Source of the DNA: Eledone cirrhosa
Lineage: Eukaryota
Reading direction: 5' to 3'
NCBI GenBank assembly: GCA_964016885.1
Contig: OZ024740.1
Location: 131,936,001-132,000,000 of the forward strand
DNA length: 64,000 nucleotides
Shown here: one piece after another, positions 53,223-64,000 of the stretch
Numbering within the stretch: position 1 is the first letter of the stretch
Layout: every line of letters starts with the position of its first letter
The notes under the pieces: generated by a model
What the model was told of the DNA's origin: nothing
The model's database searches: none
Seen by the model: only the letters and a program-made list of their open reading frames with translations
Position numbers and translations under genes: made by a program

Positions 53223-55684
53223 CTTTGAGCCTCAGTCATTGATGTTAGTTAACTGGAAAGTTTGTTGAAATGAATATCAAGCCACTACCTGCAGCCTCAA
53301 ATAGGCAGGACCTATCGGAGGGTTCTTGCTGTTCCCTGCAAGCATGCCTTTTGAAGTGTTCCAAAAAGCGGGGCGCTGCCAATTTTCTTTAACCATCCAT
53401 GGAAACTTTTTGTGATAGTTCGTAGTGCGCCTATGACAATCGGGACCACTTTGACTTCATGTCAGTTCCAAATCGTTTTTGTCTCCCACTTTAAGTCCTG
53501 GTATCGGTTAATTTTCTACCTCTCCTTCTCTTGCACTCTCGTTTCGAATGGGCAGGCCACATCCAAAATCAGGCACGATCTTGTTTTCTTATCCAAAATC
53601 ACCAGGTCAGGTCTATTGTGTTCCAGTTTCTTGTCCGTCTGTATCCTAAAATACCACAGCATCTTCAGCGGATCTTTTTCTATCACCGGCTCTGGCTTAT
53701 GCTCATACCACTTCTCAGAATGTGTTAAATTGTTTACTTTGCATAGGTGCCAGTGGACCACCCTGCCCATCACATCATGTCTCCAGCCTTTATAGTGAGT
53801 CTGGGCTAGGTGTTTACACTCGGATACAGTGTGAGCCACGGTCTCCTCTCTCTCTCTCCACAGATCCTGCACAGTGGGATATCCTCGTTGTAAATATGGT
53901 GTTTCAGCCACTTCGTTTTCAGGGCATGCTCTTGAGTAGCCATTAGCATTGCTTCTGTAGCCTTTTTAAGGTCTCCCCTTTTCAACCAGTTCCATGTCTG
54001 TGGATCTCTGAATTCAGTTATCTCAAATAGGTACTATGAAGGGATTTTTCATGAAGGCTGCTCTTTCACCTCATTGTTATTTCTTCCTTGGACATCCCCT
54101 GGTCTATTGTCCTCTCCTTCAGTACAATTCTGAGCATTGGCTCCTTACTATCAGTCACTTATTTGTGTAGGTTGTTTTTCACCATCTGAACACAGTCCTC
54201 TATGCTGATAAGCCCTCTTCCACCTTCAGATATCCTTAAGTAGAGTCTATCGACATCACTCCTCTTGTGGAACATGTTGTAGATAGTCAATAGCCCCCTA
54301 GTCCTCCTATCCATTTCTTTTTGTTCAGCAACATTCCATCTCAGAATTCCCGCACTGTACCTAATAATAGACACAGCTCGGGAATTTACTGCATTTATGA
54401 CATTCCTACTGTTCAGATGTGACTTTAATACGCCCCTTACTCTCCGAATGTATTCAGATCTTATGAATTCCTTCATTTTTTTGTTCTTGATGTCATCAGC
54501 CTCCAGAACACCCAAATACTTGTATCCTTCTTCAGTGTCAATTTCCTATATCATCTCACCTGTTGGTACCTGGATTCCGTTGCTTCTGCTCAATTTACCC
54601 CTCTTCATCACAAGGACAGCACAATTACTAATACTAAATTGCATACATATATCATTGCTGAGAATACGGACATTGTCAACAAGCACATCCAACTCCTTCT
54701 CACTCTTCCCGAAGAGCTTAATATCGTCCATGAAGAGGAGGTGATTGATGGTAAGCTCTCCCTTTCCCAACTTGTATCCTGCTCTCACATTTCGCAGTAT
54801 AATGCTCAGGGGCATCAGGGCAAGGACAAACATCACAGGGGACAGATTATCTCTCTGGAAGATACCTCTCTTGATCTTCACGCCCTCACAAGGATTCTCC
54901 AGCTGGTGTTAACTCTGTTTTCCAGCTCTTCATACTTTTGTTCAAAAATTGTCTGATGTTAGCTGCCACCTTGAAGATCTCTAGGCTTTTAGTGATCCAA
55001 GAATGAGGCACCATGTCAAATGCCTTTGTGTAATCTATACATCCCATGGCAAGACCAGTGTGTCTCCTCTTGCAATCCCTCATTACCTTCTTATCAATAA
55101 GTAACTGGTCATTTGTACTACGGGACTTATTTCGGCATCCTTTCTGTTCGTCCGGTAACAAGTTGTTTGTGTGGAGGTGATGGTTGATTTCCTCTGACAC
55201 AATGCTTGTCAACAGTTTCCACATTACGGACTGACATGTGATAGGCCTATAGTTGGTAACATGATTACCCTTGATTCGGTCTTTCATTACCAGAACTGTG
55301 GTACCTTTTGTCAACCACTGTGGTACCTCACCTGGCATCAAGCAGTCATTGAACATGGTTGTCAGTTTCGGGTGGAGGGATGTTATATTTTTAATCCAAT
55401 ACCCCTGCACACCAACTGGGCCTGGTGATTTCCAGTTGGTTAATTTATTTGGCTTGCCCGTTAAGAGTTTCAACTGTGATACTCAAATCAGTTTGTTGGT
55501 GTGCCTGTTCACTAATCTCCTTTTGTATTGTCTCAATCCACCCTGCCTGGGCATTGTGTCTAACATCCTGCTCCCATATTCCTCTCCAGAATGTCTTAGT
55601 TTGTTCCGCCTCAGGGATCATGTCGTTGCCTCTTCCTTTCCCTTCAAGCTGTCCAAACAACATCATCTGCTTGTTGTCAAACAA
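53223..55684 (-). mobile_element. Family B 5'-truncated copy (RT + RLE, decayed)
   Basis: [34 protein letters not shown]; same 3' UTR as the other family B copies. Confidence 0.88.
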
Positions 55685-55692
55685 GGCGGCTG

Positions 55693-56305
<613 letters not shown>

Positions 56306-56430
56306 CAGTTGCATTTATCTTGCTTTATGTTCATACGTGTTGTCACAACCAGTGATCTCAAGAGACAACGCGGTCCGCCATGTTAAAGAAAGAATATACA
56401 TACTCACACATGCATCTTTAGTGTATAGAC

Positions 56431-59400
56431 TTATATTGACGACAGAATCTTCCTTAGTATATGGGCAGTTCCCATCAGTACTATCTTCTGTATTTCTCCT
56501 ATACGCGGGTTTCCTGGGATTTGCGATAAGTAATCATTAGACCCCTTAGGTATCATTCCCAGAGCGCCTACAACCACTGGTATTGTTTTAGTTCTCAATT
56601 TCCACATTTTTCCAATTTCTATCTCCAGGTCCTTATACTTGCTCAATTTTTCAAATGTTTTTATAGATACATTCTTGTCTATTGGAACAGACATATCAAT
56701 TAGCAGGCATACCCTCTTTTTGAATTCCTTCAATATTATATCAGGTCTATTTGCATCTATTTTTCGGTCTGTTTGGATGCTAAAGTTCCACAAGATTGAG
56801 GTGTGATCTTTTTCAAGTATGGGTGGTGGTTGATGCTCCCACCAATTCTTTTGATGGGGCAGGTCAAAATGCTTACACATTATCCAATGTATGTATTGTG
56901 CAGCTCTGTCATGCCTATTTAGGTATTCGGTTGGAGCTATAGGACTGCATATTGAAATTATATGGTCAATGGTCTCTGGTTGTTTTTTGCATATACGGCA
57001 TAATGGGCTGCATCCATTTTTTATTATGTTGGCTTGGTAATTTCTTGTTGGCAGACACTGATCTTGTGCTGATATAATCAGTCCTTCAGTCTCCGATTTC
57101 AGTCCAGAGGATGCCAACCACTGATGGGTTAAAGTTTTGTCAACATCAGGATTGTTAGCTCGCTCTGGGTATTTTTCATATAGAGGCTTTTCTTGCCATT
57201 GCTTAGCCAGTTTCTGTAGCAGTTCTTTCTTTGCAGTTACTTTCACCTGCTTTGCTTTTTCTGTGTTTTCCATTTCAGCAGTAAATGGAACTTCTGAAAT
57301 TTGTAGTCCATTACTGTATCTTTGTGCATCTTTTGTAATGGAATATGATCTTTTGATGCTTTCGTGTTTCAAAACGAGTTTGATCATCCAATCATGTGAT
57401 TCCCTTAGATATGTAGATAATCCAATTGTTGCAGTTTTCAACGCAATGTCTATCTGGATTAACCCACGTCCTCCTTCTTTCCTAGGGAGATATATTCTAT
57501 CTATATCTGCCTTAGGGTGATGCATTCTGTGCATGGTTAAGAGTTTTCGAATTTTTGTATCAAGCCTACGGATCTCTGTGCTTGACCAGTTGATGACATT
57601 GTAACTGTAGGTTACTACTGGTATGGCAAGCGTGTTTGTGGCAGCGATCCTATTCGTTGCATTCAATTCCGTTCTTAAGATTGCTCTTACTCTGCGGTAA
57701 CATTCCTTCCTTATCCTTTCCCTCATTGTCGAATGCTTGATTCCATCTCCTTCAGAAACACCTAGATATTTGTAAGTTTTTTCTTGATCAAGTTCTCTTA
57801 TCACGTTCCCCCGATCAAGATTAATGTCTGAACTCTTCAGCAGCTTTCCTCTGGTGAACGTTGCTTTGGCGCATTTGTCTAGTCCAAACTCCATTTTAAA
57901 GACATCACTGAACTGCTCCACAGTGGATAATAGCCCTTGCAATTGTTCATCATTTTTTGCAAATAGTTTCAGGTCATCCATGTAGAACAAGTGATTAATG
58001 GTTTTGTCATAGACTTTATATCCATGTTTTGTTTCATTCGGCATTTTACTTAATGGTATAAGTGCGATGCAGAATAAAAGCGGTGATAAAGAGTCACCCT
58101 GAAAAATTCCACAATTAATATTAACTTCTGCAGCTTCCAGTGATTTTGTTTCACTATTCAAAAGGAGTGTCGTTTTCCATGTCTTCATACTGAATGACAA
58201 AAACCTCCTGACAACGGGGGATATCTTGAAAATCTCTAAACATTTTTCAATCCAACTGTGTGGCAAACTATCGAATGCTTTTTTATAATCTATCCAAGCA
58301 ATCGATAGATTTTTGTGTCTATGATGACAATCTTTCCAGTATCATTTTGTTAACCAGAAGCTGAACCTTACAGCCATATGAGCCTCGTTTACACCCTTTC
58401 TGCTCAATGGGAAATAGGTCATTTGTTATCAGGTGGTCATATGTGTATTTAGTTAGGATTGATGTTAAAATGTTATACATTGTGGTCAAGCAAGTTATCG
58501 GTCTGTAATTTTTGGGATTGTTTGTCTCATCATTCTTCGGAAGCAGGAATGTAATGCCGTTAACTCGCCATGATGGTATCTTTTCTGGCTCCTTAACTAT
58601 TTCATTGTAAAGTTGGGCTAACAGCTCATGAGACTCTGTGAAGGCAAGCGCAACTGTTCAACTGTTATATTTTCCCATATTTGTTCCTCAAGGTGAACTG
58701 TATCTTTCATTTGTCTGTCTATCCATGGGGCATGTATGTTATGAACTTTTTCTTCGGCCCAGATCTGTTCCCAGAATTCTTGCACTTCCTCCTTGGGTGG
58801 TATTGATTTAGCAGTTATTGTTGACGTACCAATTTTTCTGTAGAAGTTTCTTTGGTTGTTTTTAAACATATTATTGTCCTTATAGAATCTAGATCGTTTG
58901 TCAAAGCCCCTTATACGAGCAGCTTTGGCCGACACTTTTTGCATGATTATTTCTATCAGCATGTCTATGTCACTTGTTGATTTTATACTGTACTTTTTTT
59001 TCAAATTTCTAAGTTTAGTTTGTTTAACATGTTCACCTACTTTATAGTTTGTTAAAATTTCTATGTCAGATCGGAGAAGGTTTATTTGGCGATTGATGTT
59101 CTCTTGCCAAGTAGATTTCTTGTGGGAATTCCTTTGTTTTTTCATCTTCACTCCACATAAGTGAGTGGTGACTTTAGCTGATGCATAATAGAGATGATTT
59201 AAATCAGTAATGTTTAGTTTGTTTGTGATGATAATGTTTTTGAGAATTATGTTAGTCTTGTGTATTATCTTTTCGTTCTGTTTGGAGTTCTGGATCTTAG
59301 GGAGGGTGTCTCGTTGCCCCATGTCAGATTCTTTCATTTTCATCCATTCAATCATAATTTCATCCTTCAAGTTGGAAAGTTCATTCTTATTCATTTCTTT

Positions 59401-60018
59401 ATCATTTACGATCTCATTATTTTCATTTGGTGTTTCATCTTGAGCATGCACTCCCTCCACCTTTTCGATCCTTTCTTTAATTTGTTCTGTTGCCAGTGAT
59501 TCCGCCCTAACCCTGGGATTCGAAGTGTTACAATTTACCTCGTTTTCACTGACACATATTTCATTTTCCCGTCGCTGACTTTGTGCTAATAGCTTGATCT
59601 GATCAATTTCTATATCAGTTAGTAACTTTTTTCTTACAATATTTCTTCGTATATTGGCTAGTTTGTTGCTGTCAATATAGCCTCTGTTTTCGGGATGTTT
59701 CTTTTTCCAGTTGGTATATGTCTGTTCTGTATTCGATGTATTTGATAGGTAGTACATGGCAGTGTAGAAAGCCTCAAGGACTTCTTTATTATCTTCCCTT
59801 GACCATTTTTCTCTCTTTTTCTTTGGATTTCTTGGTGGTGAGCATGGAGGGCCAACAGTAGGAGTATTCCGGGTATGGGAGGTCTCCAGCTCCGAAGTGA
59901 TGGGAAGGTTTGAACCATTAGCTGATTTTTCGACCCCAGTCTGGTTCCTCTCTGATGGACGCGGCCCTTTTTGACCCGGGTGACGGCCGATCCGGTATGA
60001 GATTTTATCATTAGACAT
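56431..60018 (-). pseudogene. Family C ORF (RT-CCHC-RLE), split by a 67-nt deletion and a 1-nt insertion
   Basis: KKKREKWSREDN; GIFQGDSLSP; FYMDD; CRICKKQPETIDHIISIC; RHD; NRPDIIL...LIDMSVP...EKLSKYKDL. Confidence 0.9.
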
Positions 60019-60270
60019 TTACTTTATTTTGCCGCGTTTTATCCTTATCCGCCAAGGGGTAATCATTTCGTGTTACCACTTCTAAAACGAGTGTCAACCA
60101 AGACTAGATTGGTCGTTCTCCCCTAGAGACACGGCTATTCCCCGCCGGCCGCCATCCTGGTATTTCTTGGTCACGGGGTTTTCTTTTTGTTGTTTTTTTT
60201 AAATTGGTATTATCATGAGTGGTTCCTTAATGTGAGCATAACGTGGCTTAAGAATGAAATTATGAATAAT

Positions 60271-60315
60271 TGTCTCCACCCCAGGCACAAGGCCAGCAAT
60301 CACCCAGTGCATTAC
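60271..60315 (-). mobile_element. 45-nt SINE 3' fragment inserted in the family C leader
   Basis: Absent at the equivalent site in copy 1 (~36620); flanked by AATAAT duplications. Confidence 0.8.
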
Positions 60316-61045
60316 AATAATATAATATACTTTTTGCTGAAGTTGCCTGTTATTGTTGTTGGCTATGTCGGTGGTGGTGCTGGGGCTTTTTATACTGTTG
60401 GTGAGGAAGGGGTGAGCCAGCAGTGCCATAGTTGTTGTCGTTTGCTCGGTGGCCAGGTCACTAAGTCATTCTATTTATATCTTTTGCTAGCCTCTCCCTT
60501 GTCTAGTGATACCGCCACCTTCCCCTTTCTCAAGTTAACAGGGGAATAGTGGTGGTAGCAATGAAGGAGTGGTGGCGGCGGTGATGGGATAGTGGTAGCA
60601 ATGATGGTAGCGGCGGTGGCGTTGTCGTTACTGAGTTCTGTGATAAGCAGTATCTATGAGTTTGTGTCGCGTATGTTTAATATATATTGTGTTGACATAT
60701 TCCCGTAAAATTGGAATTAAGCATTTTGTTAAAACTTGAGACAATAATAATAGTAATTATAATTATGGTGCTGGGATTGGTGGTGGTGGTGGTGAAATTG
60801 CCGTTATCTGGCTGTTATATTTAGTGTGATGGGTAGGTGGTGTATCAAGTTTCTGGTGTTGGTGAAATTGCTGTTATTTGGCTGTTCTATATAGTGTAGA
60901 CAGAGGGTGTTTTCTTCCATTTATAACCATTTTCTTTTTTGAATACAAAATATATAATACAAAATTGAATATTTGATCGATATAACAATATTTGAATATT
61001 TGAGCGATATAACAATATTTATTATTATTATTATTATTATTATTA

Positions 61046-61512
61046 CAGTTGCATTTATCTTGCTTTATGTTCATACGAGTTATCACCAAGTCACAACCAG
61101 TGACCTCAAGAGACAACAAGGTCCGCCATGTTCAAGAAAGAACATACATACTCACACATGCATCTTTAGTGTTTAGACTTGTGATGTATTTATATTGACA
61201 GAATCTTCCTTAGTATATGGGCAGTTCCCATTAGTACTATATTTTGTATTTCTCTTATACGCGGGTTTCCTGGGATTTGCGATAAGTAATCATAGGACCC
61301 CTTAGGTATCATTCCCAGAGCACCCACAACCACTGGTATTGTTTTAGTTCTCAATTTCCACATTTTTCCAAATTATATCTCCAGGTCCTTATAATTGCTC
61401 AATTTTTCAAATGTTTTTATAGATACATTCTTGTCTATTGGAACGGACATATCAATTAGCAGGCATACCGTCTTTTTAAAGTCCTTCAATATTAAATCAG
61501 GTCCATTTGCAT
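61046..61512 (-). mobile_element. Family C 3' stub
   Basis: RLE end plus 3' UTR; (TTA)n on both sides. Confidence 0.88.
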
Positions 61513-61513
61513 A

Positions 61514-61569
<56 letters not shown>

Positions 61570-61570
<1 letters not shown>

Positions 61571-64000
61571 AGTTGCATTTATCTTGCTTTATGTTCATAC
61601 GAGTTATCACCAAGTCACAGCCAGTGACCTCAAGAGACAACAAGGTCAGCCATGTTCAAGAAAGAACATACATATTCACACATGCATCTTTAGTGTTTAG
61701 ACTTGTGATGTACTTATATTGACAGAATCTTCTTTAGTATATGGGCAGTTCCCATTAGTACTATCTTTTGTATATCTCCTATACGCGGGTTTCCTGGGAT
61801 TTGCGATAAGTAATCATTAGACCGCTTAGGTATCATTCCCAGAGCGCCTACAGCCACTGGTATTGTTTTAGTTCTCAATTTCCACATTTTTCCAATTTCT
61901 ATCTCCAGGTCTTTATACTTGCTCAATTTTTCAAATGTTTTTATAGATACATTCTTGTCTATTGGAACAGACATATCAATTAGCAGGCATACCCTCTTTT
62001 TAAAGTCCTTCAATATTATATCAGGTCTATTTGCATCTATTTTTCGGTCTGTTTGGATGCTAAAGTTCCACAAGATTGAGATGTGATCTTTTTCAAGTAT
62101 GGGAGGTGGTTGATGCTCCCACCAATTCTTTTGATGTGGCAGGTCAAATTGCTTACACATTATCCAATGTATGTATTGTGCAGCTCTGTCATGCCTGTTT
62201 AGGTATTCGGTTGGAGCTATAGGACTGCACATTGAAATTATATGGTCAATGGTCTCTGGTTGTTTTTTGCATACACGGCATAATGGGCTGCATCCATTTT
62301 TTATTATGTTGGCTTGGTAATTTTTTGTTGGCAGACACTGATCTTGTGCTGATATAATCAGTCCTTCAGTCTCCGATTTCAGTCCAGAGGATGCCAACCA
62401 CTGATGGGTTAACGTTTTGTCAACATCAGGATTGTTAGCTCGCTCTGGGTATTTTCCATATAGAGGCTTTTCTTGCCATTTCTTAGCCAGTTTCTGTAGC
62501 AGTTCTTTCTTTGCAGTTACTTTTACCTGCTTTGCTTTTTCTGTGTTTTCCATTTCAGCAGTAAATGGAACTTCTGAAATGTGTAGTCCATTACTGTATC
62601 TTTGTGCATCTTTTGTAATGGAATATGATCTTTTGATGCTTTCGTGTTTCAAAACGAGTCTGATCATCCAATCATGTGATTCCCTTAGATATGTAGATAA
62701 TCCAATTGTTGCAGTTTTCAACGCAATGTCTAACTGGATTAACCCACATCCTCCTTCTTTCCTAGGGAGATATATTCTATCTATATCTGCCTTAGGGTGA
62801 TGCATTCTGTGCATGGTTAAGAGTTTTCGAATTTTTGTATCAAGCCTACGGATCTCTGTGCTTGACCAGTTGATGACATTGTAACTGTAGGTTACTACTG
62901 GTATGGCAAGCGTGTTTATGGCATCGATCCTATTCGTTGCATTCAATTCCGTTCTTAAGATTGCTCTTACTCTGCGGTAACATTCCTTCCTTATCCTTTC
63001 CTTCATTGTCGAATGCTTGATTCCGTCTCCTTCACAAACACCTAGATATTTGTAAGTTTTTTCTTGATCAAGTTCTCTTATCACGTTCCCCCGATCAAGA
63101 TTAATGTCTGAACTCTTCAGCAGCTTTCCTCTGGTGAACGTTGCTTTGGCGCATTTGTCTAGTCCAAACTCCATTTTAAAGACATCACTGAACTGCTCCA
63201 CAGTGGATAATAGCCCTTGCAATTGTTCATCATTTTTTGCAAATAGTTTCAGGTCATCCATGTAGAACAAGTGATTAATGGTTTTGTCATAGACTTTATA
63301 TCCATGTTTTGTTTCATTGAGCATTTTACTTAATGGTATAAATGCGATGCAGAATAAAAGCGTTGATAAAGAGTCACCTTGAAAAATTCCACAATTAATA
63401 TTAACTTCTGCAGCTTCCAGTGATTTTGTTTCACTATTCAAAAGGAGTGTCGTTTTCCATCTCTTCATACTGAATGACAAAAACCTCCTGACAACGGGGG
63501 ATATCTTGAAAATCTCTAAACATTTTTCAATCCAACTGTGTGGCAAACTATCGAATGCTTTTTTATAATCTATCCAAGCAATCGATAGATTTTTGTGTCT
63601 ATTATGACAATCTTTCCAGTATCATTTTGTTAACCAGAAGCTGAACCTTACAGCCATATGAGCCTCGTTTACACCCTTTCTGCTCAATGGGAAATAGGTC
63701 ATTTGTTATCAGGTGGTCATATGTGTATTTAGTTAGGATTGATGTTAAAATGTTATACATTGTGGTCAAGCAAGTTATCGGTCTGTAATTTTTGGGATTG
63801 TTTGTCTCATCATTCTTCGGAAGCAGGAATGTAATGCCGTTAACTCGCCATGATGGTATCTTTTCTGGCTCCTTAACTATTTCATTGTAAAGTTGGGCTA
63901 ACAGCTCATGAGACTCTGTGAAGGCAAGCGCAACTGTTCAACTGTTATATTTTCCCATATTTGTTCCTCAAGGTGAACTGTATCTTTCATTTGTCTGTCT
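61570..64000 (-). mobile_element. Family C copy 4, running off the window end
   Basis: ORF 61714-63546 (610 aa) is nearly identical to 56431-58266 and carries the same two upstream lesions. Confidence 0.92.

Larger units (their letters stand above)
56306..61018 (-). mobile_element. R4/Dong-like family C, copy 2 (nearly full length)
   Basis: Long ORFs 58618-60018 and 56431-58266; 5' end slightly truncated with a 27-nt tandem duplication (60965-61018); (TAA)n flanks. Confidence 0.92.

Overview
AT-rich, microsatellite-dense animal genomic DNA. The SINE and repeat style resemble octopod cephalopods, but this is an inference. I see no intact host gene, and the window is dominated by non-LTR retroelements in three zones. 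(i) 1-14 kb: a decayed RTE LINE, then a contiguous chain of Penelope-like elements (PLEs) joined by (TA)n tracts. Most are inverted-repeat (foldback) structures, and several minimal hammerhead ribozyme motifs occur in and around them, including a ~490-bp palindrome with one hammerhead on each strand. (ii) 14-27 kb: mostly unique sequence with old LINE, PLE and SINE scraps, plus weak traces of a decayed minus-strand Cys-rich/transmembrane gene. (iii) 27-64 kb: a near-continuous array of about 13 insertions with twelve (TTA)n junctions. It holds three Tx1-clade LINEs and a SINE on + and eight copies or fragments of two R4/Dong-like RLE LINE families on -. The most notable points are: opposite-strand sharing of one microsatellite target by two LINE clades; a conserved GTAAGT...CAG mini-intron signature that would fuse Tx1 ORF1 to ORF2 in frame; 5'-module swapping in both clades; and a SINE fragment whose only differences from its siblings are A-to-G changes in ADAR-preferred contexts. 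Clade names come from motif recognition, not database searches.
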